From positions 1 to 37,481 of IMG/VR virus record IMGVR_UViG_2534681936_000021: 37,481 bases of DNA. The stretch is one strand, 5' to 3'. The stretch comes from a virus (lineage: Duplodnaviria > Heunggongvirae > Uroviricota > Caudoviricetes). Positions 26,462-35,326 of the stretch are shown piece by piece. Within the stretch, counting starts at the first letter, position 1. Every line of letters begins with the position of its first letter. The position numbers and the translations under genes are program-made. Under the pieces are notes generated by a model. It was not told where the DNA came from. It searched no databases and saw nothing but the letters and a program-made list of their open reading frames with translations.

Positions 26462-29305
26462 TCAATCTTTATCGTAAAAACTGCCACGCCCGGCACGGGC
26501 GCGCCGTTCCATTTCTGCCCTGACCATTTCACCGACCAGTTTCGCCAGTTCGCGGGGATTCTGCGTAACAACGTTATGCAGATGAACATGAATTTCACCA
26601 CCAAATTCGGAGGCAACAGGCTCCCGGTTACGGGAAGTTACAGGAACTGATGCCACTGGAGATCGTATAGCCTCCGCCACCGGGCGGGAGCTGGCCGCAA
26701 CAACAGTGACCAGCGCCGGAGGCAGCGGAGCCGGGACCACGGGTGTGATATTAATTGCGGGGGCAGGCTTACTGACCTGCGCAATCTTCCGCTCCTGCCA
26801 CTCCCCACGAACAGCAAGTGCCCGGGGCAGGTTTTTAAAGACAATATCGCCGGGGCCAATGCGTTTTTTCGTCTCCTCAACCAGCTTACCTGTGTTATCA
26901 GCAATTTTGCTGAGTCTGCGCAGCGTACCGGTATTGCTGTCTGTGAGCGGTTTATTGTCTTTGGGGTTATCACCTCCGGTGCCATTGCCATTTTCCACAG
27001 GCTTCGGCGGATTGATTTTCGCCAGGTCCCCCTGAAGCAAGGCAACCTTGTCCTGAAGAATGGCCGCACGCTGTGCGTCTTCGATTTTCTTGCGCGCCCT
27101 TTCCGCTTCATCCGGAAGCACACCAAGCTTTTCAAGTATCCACGCCAGCGTATCCAGCAACATTTTTGCAGGTGTCAGAACAAGTTGTAACGCACCGCCA
27201 AGAACGTTACCGAATATCTCGCCAGCACTGGTACATTTATCCAGAGTTTCCTTGCTGGACTCCATCGGTGACAGCAGCGATTTAAACCAGTTAAACACCT
27301 GGCTGATCCCACTCCCGATTGCGTCAAAAACAGGACTAAACCGTTCAAAGGTTTCGCGCAACGGGGTCAGCCTTTCCATAATCCCGCTGAACACCCCGGC
27401 AAAAAATGCCCTGATGGGATCCCAGTATTTCCAGATAAGAACGGCAGCTCCGGCAAGCGCAGCCACGATAAGACCAACCGGACTGAACAACGCCCCGATA
27501 GCGCCTCCCAGCAAAGAAACGGAACCCGTCACCATTCCCCATAGTGCTGGCAGAACCCTGACAGCATTCATTGATCCGGTCAGGAGGGAAAAACCAAGAC
27601 GCAGTTTTGCCAGCGGGCCAGCAAGCACACCAATAGCCAGCGACAACGAGCCAACCGTTGCAGTCATTGCCAGCAGTGCACCGCCTGCAATCAGTAGCTG
27701 GCGCGTCAGTGCGGGATGGGCCTGCGCCAGCGCCGTCACCTTTGATACCACACGCGTGAGCCACTGCGTGACAGAACGCAGCGGACCGTCAATCAGATCT
27801 GCAATGCGGATGCGCAACCCTTCCCATGCACTGCTGAGTGATTTCAGATCGCCGTCAAGGTTGTTGGCCATAACCTTTGCCGTGCGTTCAGCCTCACCGC
27901 GCGCACCTTCAAGTTCTTTTCTCAGTTTGGGTAAGGAGCCGTCACCTGCCGCATCAACGAGGGCCATAAATGATGTGAAAGCCTCTTCTCCGGCAATGTC
28001 CTTAAAGAACGATACCCGGTCAACTTCCCCGTATTTGCGGGTAGCTTTATAAAGGTCAGCCAGCACATCCTCCATCGGACGCATTTTGCCCCCGGCATCC
28101 GAGACAGACACGCCAAGCTCTTTCAGCGCCTCTGCTGCCGCCTTTGGCGGTGATGCCAGACGAGCCAGGCTGGCACGCATTGCCGTCCCGGCATCACTCC
28201 CCCTGATACCCATATTCGCCAGCACGCCTGCCATCGCTGCGGCCTGCTCCAGCGATATTCCCAGCTTACCCGCCACCGGACCTGCATATTTCATGGTTTC
28301 ACCCAGTGCGCGAAGGTCAGTGTTGGTACGGGTAAACGCTGCGGTGAGTGTGTCGCCGACCCGGTCCATCTGGTCAGCAGAAAGACCGAACTGCGTCAGA
28401 ATATTTGAGCCAATATCCGCCGTCTCACCGAGGTCCATACCGCCAGCCGTTGCCATGCTCAGTACGCCAGGGAGCGCAGCCTGAATGGCCTGTGGTGTGA
28501 AGCCGGCCATTGCAAGAAATGCCTGCCCACTGGCGGCATCGCCTGCGGTGAACTGCGTTTCAGAGCCAAGTTTTAACGCCTGCTCACGCAGCGCCTTAAA
28601 CTGCGGGCTGTTTTTGTCGATTCGCGTCAGTGCCTGAACGCGGGACATCTCTTTCCCGAACCCGATCGCAGGCTGCAAAAAACGCCCGGCAGCATAGCCG
28701 CCCGCAGCTGCCGCACCAATTGCCAGCGCACCACCTGTTTTCAGTTTTCCCGCTGTTTCCTGCGCGCGCGAATACCGCTCACGCGCCCGCGTTACACGCG
28801 CAAGCGCCTGCCGTTCGCGTTCAAGCTGGTTGTTGTACTGTTCGGTGCGTCTGATGGCCTGCTGGATGGTGTTATCGCTGCCTGTCAGGGAAATGCCGTG
28901 GCGTTTCAGCTCTCCGCCAAGCTCCCGCATTTTCTGAATTTCCCGTGTGCGCGATTCATTCAGGCGTTCAAGCCGGGTGCTTAACTGCTGCATCAGCTTT
29001 TGTTGTTTTTCGCTGAGCACTGTACCCGTGCGTTGTAACTGATTAAGGGCGTTAAGCTGGCGTCGTGCTTTCACGATACCCGCATCCGCTTTACTGACAG
29101 CGTCGCGGGCGCGCTCAAATGAACGCGCCTGACGCTCGAGATTTTTGATCGCCCCCTGCGTTCGCTGGATGGAGTCACCAAACTGCCCCATCAGGCGGCG
29201 GGCGTTTTCGGCAGGCCGGGTCAGCCTGTCAACGGCGCTGAAAGCGACCCGGATATCAAGAGTCTTCATTGTCTGCATTCCCGCTGCGAAGTGCCGCCCG
29301 CTCAC
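26462..29305 (-). CDS. T: tail tape measure protein gpT-like
   Basis: 947 aa, coiled-coil N-terminal half and glycine/alanine-rich hydrophobic central region. Confidence 0.85.
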   Translation of the reverse strand: MSGRHFAAGMQTMKTLDIRVAFSAVDRLTRPAENARRLMGQFGDSIQRTQGAIKNLERQARSFERARDAVSKADAGIVKARRQLNALNQLQRTGTVLSEKQQKLMQQLSTRLERLNESRTREIQKMRELGGELKRHGISLTGSDNTIQQAIRRTEQYNNQLERERQALARVTRARERYSRAQETAGKLKTGGALAIGAAAAGGYAAGRFLQPAIGFGKEMSRVQALTRIDKNSPQFKALREQALKLGSETQFTAGDAASGQAFLAMAGFTPQAIQAALPGVLSMATAGGMDLGETADIGSNILTQFGLSADQMDRVGDTLTAAFTRTNTDLRALGETMKYAGPVAGKLGISLEQAAAMAGVLANMGIRGSDAGTAMRASLARLASPPKAAAEALKELGVSVSDAGGKMRPMEDVLADLYKATRKYGEVDRVSFFKDIAGEEAFTSFMALVDAAGDGSLPKLRKELEGARGEAERTAKVMANNLDGDLKSLSSAWEGLRIRIADLIDGPLRSVTQWLTRVVSKVTALAQAHPALTRQLLIAGGALLAMTATVGSLSLAIGVLAGPLAKLRLGFSLLTGSMNAVRVLPALWGMVTGSVSLLGGAIGALFSPVGLIVAALAGAAVLIWKYWDPIRAFFAGVFSGIMERLTPLRETFERFSPVFDAIGSGISQVFNWFKSLLSPMESSKETLDKCTSAGEIFGNVLGGALQLVLTPAKMLLDTLAWILEKLGVLPDEAERARKKIEDAQRAAILQDKVALLQGDLAKINPPKPVENGNGTGGDNPKDNKPLTDSNTGTLRRLSKIADNTGKLVEETKKRIGPGDIVFKNLPRALAVRGEWQERKIAQVSKPAPAINITPVVPAPLPPALVTVVAASSRPVAEAIRSPVASVPVTSRNREPVASEFGGEIHVHLHNVVTQNPRELAKLVGEMVRAEMERRARAGRGSFYDKD

Positions 29306-29474
29306 GCCAGCTAACCACTTCGCCGGGCGTCATCATGAAGATTTCGGCGGGCGACCAGTTAAAAATAACGGCAATATCTGCCACAAAGTCTTCTATGTGC
29401 TCAAAGCACACAACCGTGATCAGGCTTCCGTCGCCTGTTCGTTCTTCCCGCCAGAGTCCGCACCGCTCAAAAAA
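29256..29474 (-). CDS. E' extension, expressed as an E+E' fusion by programmed -1 frameshift
   Basis: ORF in the -1 frame continues from the slippery site and overlaps the T start. Confidence 0.6.
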   Translation of the reverse strand, partial: FFERCGLWREERTGDGSLITVVCFEHIEDFVADIAVIFNWSPAEIFMMTPGEVVSWRERAALRSGNADNEDS

Positions 29475-29785
29475 TTTACGGCAACCACACATAACTGAAT
29501 AAAGTCACGGGATGCTATTTTTTTGATCGTCACTTCATCCAGTCGCGGTGATGTCACGCGTGACAGCAGCGTAAACATGGATTCCGCTTTCAGATTCAGC
29601 ACATCAGACAGCGACAAATCTCGCAGAGATCCAGCCTGCTCAATAGCTCCGGTGATCTCCACATACGTGATTTTTTCGCCGCCTCGCTCAATTGGTTGGG
29701 TAAGTTTTACGCCACGCTCACTGGTTTCTTTCACAGTGTCAGCAACGACCGTGTTTTCGGTATCGATGTTTTTCGTCTCTTTCAT
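29420..29785 (-). CDS. E: tail assembly chaperone gpE-like
   Basis: 121 aa; RBS aaggag upstream; lies between the tube and tape measure genes. Confidence 0.8.
   Translation of the reverse strand: MKETKNIDTENTVVADTVKETSERGVKLTQPIERGGEKITYVEITGAIEQAGSLRDLSLSDVLNLKAESMFTLLSRVTSPRLDEVTIKKIASRDFIQLCVVAVNFLSGADSGGKNEQATEA
29468..29474 (-). other. slippery heptamer T_TTT_TTG for the programmed -1 frameshift (E to E+E')
   Basis: TTTTTTG in the correct register near the 3' end of E (zero-frame codons TTT TTG). Confidence 0.65.
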
Positions 29786-29839
29786 CAGGAAACTCCTTTC
29801 AGTCAGAGGCGACGCACTGCGCCGCCTGCATATTACTTA

Positions 29840-30352
29840 TCAGCCAAGCCCGAGCGCGGAACGGATGCGATCGGGCACAATGTCCTTGCCGTCCTTCCGG
29901 TAAATGAAGTTCAGCAGGTCAATCTCCCACAACGGGCGATCGTTAACACTCAGCTTGTAGTAGGTGTTTTTAATGGCGTAAGTGTGTGATGTGGCTTCGC
30001 CCTGTTTGGCTTCCCCCATATCAATTTCCGTCACACGTCCGCGCATTTCGACTTCATACAGGTCGCTTTCTGCATCGGTGTAATATTCACCCGCAAAACG
30101 CAGCAGCGTGCCGTCAATCGTGCCGCCATACTTAAGGAACAGCTCACGAACTGCGCCCCCCATGACAAAGCTCGCATCAAGCGCGGAGTCGTCCAGACCG
30201 AGATCAATACTTACCGCCCCCATCATGCCACCACCCCGGTAGCTGTCGGTTTTGCGCGTCAGCTTAGGCAGAGTGACGGACGTCACCTTACCCACTTCGT
30301 TTTCACCATCCACAAACAGCGTAAAAAAGCGAAGATGTTTTGGCACAGCCAT
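29840..30352 (-). CDS. FII: tail tube protein gpFII-like
   Basis: 170 aa directly downstream of the sheath gene. Confidence 0.85.
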   Translation of the reverse strand: MAVPKHLRFFTLFVDGENEVGKVTSVTLPKLTRKTDSYRGGGMMGAVSIDLGLDDSALDASFVMGGAVRELFLKYGGTIDGTLLRFAGEYYTDAESDLYEVEMRGRVTEIDMGEAKQGEATSHTYAIKNTYYKLSVNDRPLWEIDLLNFIYRKDGKDIVPDRIRSALGLG

Positions 30353-31536
30353 CAGGCACCTCCCAGCACCGCAAATGCGGGACCAAAGAATTCATCAGTA
30401 AACGTCTGGTAAAGCTCCATGTCTTCCAGTGGCGGAACGGGCGTATATTTGTAGCGAATACGCACACGCCCCTGACGTAAATCCGTGGTGCCGTTATCCA
30501 CCACGTCATACCAGCACGACGCCCCAATCAGTTTCCCGGCAGTAACCAGTGAATCCAGTTTTGCCCTGATGGCACTGATAACATCTTTCACGTTCGCAGG
30601 CGTCAGTGGACTGTCGATGGTTTCAAACTGCGCTTCCGCAATTGAATCAGCCAGCACCTGTGCGGTTCGGGTATACACCTCAAAGATGTAGGCGTTCGTT
30701 TCCGGTGTGCGGTTGCCCCAGAAGCGGAACCCGTTGCGACGAATAATGGTCGTGATTTCTTTGTTGTTGAGGCTGTTGGCATCACTGTCTTCGGCCTGCA
30801 ACGACCAGAACACATGCCTCGACATCCCCAGCACATTCTTAACCGGAACGTTGGAGAGTGATTTGTGCCATCCCTGCTCATGGTCAATGTACGCACGAAG
30901 GCCGCACGCATAGGCAGGCGCGGGGAACGTTTCGTTTTTGCCACTTTTCGGGTTGTAGGCGATGAAGTCCGGCCATAAGAGCATCACCTCACGTTCGTTG
31001 AATTTCTGGCGGTAGGTAATCGCATCAGCCATCGTGTCACAGCCATGACATGAGGCATACACAAACGCGCGCAGTTTACCCGCAATCACGCACAGGGATT
31101 TTGTCACCGCCTCCGTATCCAGCTCCGGCGCGGCCAGAATACGCGGACGGTATCCGATGCTTTCATCCTGCTCTGCAACAAGCAGCGCATACATCCCCGT
31201 ATAGCTGCCGTCAGATTCAGAACCACCGATAACCAGTTGATCCTGCGTTTTTCCGTCTTCTTCTTTGTGTTCAGCCACGCGAACGACGATCACCTTTGTG
31301 CTCACCTGGTCTGCGATGGCCTTAAGCGCACGATAAAGCGTCCCCGTTGTTCCGCATTTTCCCAGCACGTCATTGACGCGGGTCAGCAGTGTGGGCTTGT
31401 TCAGCGGGAACAGCTCCGCGTCCGCATCATCCGCCGTTGCCACGATACCGATAACACTGGAATCAACATCATTAATCGCTGTTACCAGGTCGGTACTTTC
31501 CGTAACACGGGCACCATGAAAACGAGTTTCACTCAT
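30352..31536 (-). CDS. FI: contractile tail sheath protein gpFI-like
   Basis: 394 aa; segments FPLNKP, KLRAF, WPDF, DHEQGWHKSLSNV, RRNGFRFWGNRT, YTRTAQV and YTPVPPLE resemble P2 FI as recalled. Confidence 0.9.
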   Translation of the reverse strand: MSETRFHGARVTESTDLVTAINDVDSSVIGIVATADDADAELFPLNKPTLLTRVNDVLGKCGTTGTLYRALKAIADQVSTKVIVVRVAEHKEEDGKTQDQLVIGGSESDGSYTGMYALLVAEQDESIGYRPRILAAPELDTEAVTKSLCVIAGKLRAFVYASCHGCDTMADAITYRQKFNEREVMLLWPDFIAYNPKSGKNETFPAPAYACGLRAYIDHEQGWHKSLSNVPVKNVLGMSRHVFWSLQAEDSDANSLNNKEITTIIRRNGFRFWGNRTPETNAYIFEVYTRTAQVLADSIAEAQFETIDSPLTPANVKDVISAIRAKLDSLVTAGKLIGASCWYDVVDNGTTDLRQGRVRIRYKYTPVPPLEDMELYQTFTDEFFGPAFAVLGGA

Positions 31537-31693
31537 AGCTTCAGCCCCTTGTATCCGTTAAATGATTCGGCAACAATCATCACCCACCACGCGCGTAATC
31601 TCACTCCTGCGCCGTTCTCCCGCCACGGCGACAACAAAAAGCAGTAACCCCCTCCGCACGCACATGCGACCATGCCGCACAGGGAGGGAACAG

Positions 31694-32802
31694 ATGACCG
31701 ACACCACCATGCAATTGCTCAGTCAGGGCACAGACCCCGTGAAAATGCCGGATTTTGATATTCTCGCGGAGGGTAAAACGCTGTCAGGCGTGGCAGAGCG
31801 CCTGATGAGCCTGTCACTGACCGACAACCGGGGATTTGAAGCGGACCAGCTCACCATCACGCTGGATGATGCGGATGGTCAGTTGCAGCTACCGCCACGG
31901 GGCGCGCGCCTGACGGTTCTCATTGGCTGGAAAGGAGAACCGCTGACAGAAAAAGGCACTTACATTGTTGATGAAATCGCTCACGAAGGACCGCCGGACA
32001 GGCTGACTGTTTCAGCCAGAAGCGCAGATTTTCGGGATGAATTTAACGTTAAACGTGAGGTGTCCTGGCATGATGTGACCGTTGAGCGTGTGGTATCCGC
32101 CATCGCTCATCGGTACGGTCTGAAACCGCAAATCAGCGAAATGCTGATGGATATCGAAATCGACCACGCCGACCAGACCGAAGAAAGCGACATGTCCTTC
32201 CTTACGCGCATGGCGGAAATGCTGGGCGCAATCACCACGGTAAAAAGCGGCAATCTGTTATTCATCATGCCTGGTGGTGGCGTGAACGCACAGGGCCAGC
32301 CGTTGCCCTCGTTCGCCATTACACGCAGCAGTGGCGATCGCCATCAGTTCCGCATTGCTGACCGCGAGGCGTATACGGGTGTACGCGCCTACTGGCTTGA
32401 TCTTAATTACGGGAAAAAGAAAAAGTCAGCGTGAAACGCCGCAAACCGCCAAAACCCAAAAAGGAGAAAAGCAGCAGCCGTGAAGGTGATTATATGGAAG
32501 GCGCGGAAGGCAATGTGTTTGTGTTACGCAAGACTTATCAGAACGAGCAGGCAGCAAGACGCGCAGCGGCGGCAAAGTGGCAGCAGCTACAACGCGGAGC
32601 CGCATCATTCTCCATCATGCTGGCACGCGGACGCGCAGAACTCTACCCCGAAATGCATGGCACGGTAACAGGCTTTAAAAGCGAGATTGATAATCAGGAC
32701 TGGATTATTGCAAAAGCCGAGCACACCATTGATAACAGCGGCTTTACCACACAGCTTGAGCTTGAGGCAAAAATCCCGGAATGGATAGCAGAAACAGAGT
32801 GA
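31694..32802 (+). pseudogene. D: late control / tail protein gpD-like, split by a single-base frameshift in the gggaaaaagaaaaag run (about 32411-32430)
   Basis: Track ORFs ending at 32434 and starting at 32431 together give a gpD-like protein (...SWHDVT..., ...GDRHQF..., ...QDWIIAKAEH...SGFTTQLELE...). Confidence 0.75.
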
Positions 32803-32870
32803 GCAACTTAGACATATTAGCTCAGACTTAAACTGGCAAGTTTACAGTATAGAATTAAACATAAACGACG

Positions 32871-32899
32871 GTCCGCTCCGTGTCAGAAGCGGACTTTGT
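32871..32899. terminator. hairpin between convergent D and the 340-aa gene (gtccgct / agcggac followed by TTTGTC)
   Basis: 7-bp stem flanked by A-rich and T-rich sequence. Confidence 0.45.
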
Positions 32900-32922
32900 C
32901 ATCCCTATGTAAGGTTGATTGC

Positions 32923-33945
32923 TTAATACGCATTTAATTTAAATTTGTATTTGCCTTCTATGTAATGGATAAATTCAATTATGCTTTTTTCTATCGCATC
33001 TAATATATGAATATATCCATCCCGATTTAAGGTCCTATCCAACTCAAAGTGATGAACTATCCCATGTCTATATTGTATGATTTCAGAAATTCGATTCTCA
33101 AGAAAATCAACTGATTTTCCAATTCTTTTTTTCTTATAAAGAATCGCTCTCACATCTATATCCAGCCACTCTTTATATGCTTTGTTTAGGTGGGTTAAGT
33201 TTTGAAAAGTGTAATTTCTTGCAATAACACTTTCTATTGAAATATTTCCTTTCTCTATCTCAAGCAGAATATCAAAATCAACTTTTTGCTTATACGATGT
33301 TCTTTTTGCTATTGCGAAAGGATCGTACTTTATAAGTATTTGAAAAGCTCTAGAGAAAAAATATTCAAACATAGCAACCGCAAAAGGTACTAATCCATTA
33401 TATATAACTCTACTGGGATCCATACATTGCATGTAATCAAAGTATTCGGATAAGCCGCCATCTTCCGGTAGGTTTAATTTAATAGAAGGTTCAGGTAAGG
33501 CATGTTTAACAGCGGAAATCTCATGATGGACATGATTAAATATTGAAGAAATGCCACGACTGATCGGACTACTAGAATCCTTCCATAGAGGAGCGTACCT
33601 ATTTTTCCCATAATCACCTATAAGTGTTCCACCAAAAAGACTCCGTGCGCCTTTTAGAACATCATTAAGCATTTTTACATCATGCCAACTAGCGCTATAT
33701 AAATTACGCACATGCAATGCCCATTTATTACCAGATATGTGTAGTTCGTCATTTGAAACAGGATATATATCAGCCGAAACTCCATCTGTAGATTTGAAGT
33801 CCGTATCATCAAACCAAGAGTAATTCAACGTTCCTTGGGGCCATTCCCACAAATGTTTACACCTTTTAAAACCTAAATTTTCAAGGTAATTTTTAAGTTC
33901 GTTTCTAGTTGCTTTTTTAGGGTACAGCGTTATATCTCTTCCCAT
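32923..33945 (-). CDS. hypothetical 340-aa protein in an AT-rich insertion; C-terminal Rx4HH motif (candidate HEPN-like abortive-infection protein)
   Basis: Long clean ORF in markedly AT-rich DNA between D and ogr; motif YRHGIVHHFE near the C-terminus. Confidence 0.6.
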   Translation of the reverse strand: MGRDITLYPKKATRNELKNYLENLGFKRCKHLWEWPQGTLNYSWFDDTDFKSTDGVSADIYPVSNDELHISGNKWALHVRNLYSASWHDVKMLNDVLKGARSLFGGTLIGDYGKNRYAPLWKDSSSPISRGISSIFNHVHHEISAVKHALPEPSIKLNLPEDGGLSEYFDYMQCMDPSRVIYNGLVPFAVAMFEYFFSRAFQILIKYDPFAIAKRTSYKQKVDFDILLEIEKGNISIESVIARNYTFQNLTHLNKAYKEWLDIDVRAILYKKKRIGKSVDFLENRISEIIQYRHGIVHHFELDRTLNRDGYIHILDAIEKSIIEFIHYIEGKYKFKLNAY

Positions 33946-34136
33946 GCTTTATTCACCTGATATACAATATTTTAAATTTTAACTATTATGAACGTATGAA
34001 TTTTCACATTGGATGTATGGAAGTTCAACAACTATTGAAAGTTCAATTTTCACTCTTCGCACAGAGCGAGCTGTTAGTTGGAATTAGGGATCGTACAATC
34101 TAGAATAGCGGCAACACCACGTTAAGGGAGGTCGCT

Positions 34137-34397
34137 ATGTTCCGTTGTCCGCTTTGTGGCGCATCTGCCCGTATCCGCACAAGTCGTCCGGAAAATGATT
34201 CAAACACCGTGCGGCAAAAGTATTACCAGTGTAACAATCTGGAATGCGGCGTATGCTTCTCAACACTGGAAGCTTTCCATAAATTCACATCGAAACACGC
34301 CTCCGGCGTTCACTCTTCAGAAGGTATCCCGTGGCATGAGCTACCAGCTTCACACAGGGGAAACAATCAGATGAGTTTGCCTTTACCTCAGAATTAA
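34137..34397 (+). CDS. ogr: Ogr/Delta-family zinc-finger late transcription activator
   Basis: MFRCPLCGA...CNNLEC zinc-finger pattern typical of P2 Ogr; RBS agggagg upstream. Confidence 0.8.
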   Translation: MFRCPLCGASARIRTSRPENDSNTVRQKYYQCNNLECGVCFSTLEAFHKFTSKHASGVHSSEGIPWHELPASHRGNNQMSLPLPQN

Positions 34398-34588
34398 CAA
34401 GCAGAATTGCCGGAGTAACAAAAAAGCGATAGATTACGCGCGGGTGCCTTTCGGCTGATGGTCGGAGGGAATACCCGAAGGCCAGATGTGGAAAGGCCCC
34501 GGAAAACACTTTTGTTTAACCGAGGCCCTAACCGTCTACCCTAAGCAAGTGAAAGGTTAGCGCCTCTCCGGAAAAGGAGCAAGTGCTA

Positions 34589-34729
34589 TGTCGCAAAAAT
34601 CGCTTACAGCCATCACGTTCTGCGTGACGGTAATCCTCATCATCTGGATGTTGCACGGTTCGCTGTGCGAAATACGGATGAGTTTCTGGGGAGCGGAGTT
34701 TGCGGCGTTCTTACAGTGTAAGCAGTAAG
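34589..34729 (+). CDS. Hok/Gef-family type I toxin (46 aa), below the ORF-track size cutoff
   Basis: MSQKSLTAITFCVTVILIIWMLHGSLCEIR...AEFAAFL: transmembrane helix followed by the Hok-like SLCEIR and E(F/V)AAF motifs; RBS aaggag 8 nt upstream. Confidence 0.6.
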
Positions 34730-34738
34730 GAAACCGCG

Positions 34739-34760
34739 ACGGGGGAGTAATCCCCCGTCA
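34739..34760 (+). other. stable 9-bp hairpin just 3' of the hok-like ORF (gacggggga-gtaa-tcccccgtc)
   Basis: Perfect inverted repeat 10 nt after the stop; consistent with a hok mRNA 3' fold. Confidence 0.5.
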
Positions 34761-34989
34761 ATCGGTTGCCAGGGTAAGGTCGATAAGGCACCCTATCTCA
34801 CGGCTCTAAATGCAAAAATTCCATGAAACTGTGGGATTTTTGCATCACTACTGATACAGATCTGACCTTCTTTATGTCTCACTCTATACCAGCTAATCAA
34901 TTGACACTTATCAATAAAAAAAAATCTGATAAAATCAAAATGTTTTGTAACAAATATCAACTCGTATTGATCCAAAGGAGGCGGATTAC

Positions 34990-35322
34990 ATGGCATTAAT
35001 CAAATGTCCTGAATGCCAGAAAGAGGTGAGCGATTCAGCATTGTATTGCCCTGCTTGCGGTAAACAAATAAAAAAACTTAAGCGTTCATTTTTTGGAAAG
35101 CTCATTAAGTGGATTTTTATATTATTTAATATTTTTATGATCTATACGCTTTTAGTTGGACTGGGAGGCACTAGTGAAATAATAAATAATGCTACATCCG
35201 ATGCCGAAAAAGCCGGTGCAGTTATTGGTACAGGCTTAGGTTTAATTACCATTGGAAGTTTATGGGTTATTGGCGATATCATTATCGGAATTTTAGTGTT
35301 TCTTACTAAACCAAAAGGATAA
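34990..35322 (+). CDS. zinc-ribbon membrane protein (110 aa)
   Basis: N-terminal CPEC...CPAC zinc ribbon followed by two hydrophobic helices; AT-rich context. Confidence 0.5.
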   Translation: MALIKCPECQKEVSDSALYCPACGKQIKKLKRSFFGKLIKWIFILFNIFMIYTLLVGLGGTSEIINNATSDAEKAGAVIGTGLGLITIGSLWVIGDIIIGILVFLTKPKG

Positions 35323-35326
35323 CAAA

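Noticed and set aside
27060-28052. 330-aa plus-strand ORF and other long antisense ORFs inside the tape measure gene
   Set aside because: They are opposite the clearly coding tape measure gene and are Ser/Pro/Ala-rich; shadow ORFs of a GC-rich repetitive gene.
25940-31700. Invertase-mediated inversion as the cause of the reversed tail block
   Set aside because: No gix/hix-like crossover sequences were found at either block boundary; the only matching pair flanks the 1.9-kb fibre segment.
34793-34996. 67-aa minus-strand ORF
   Set aside because: It lies in the AT-rich promoter region of the zinc-ribbon gene, with no RBS and an implausible composition.
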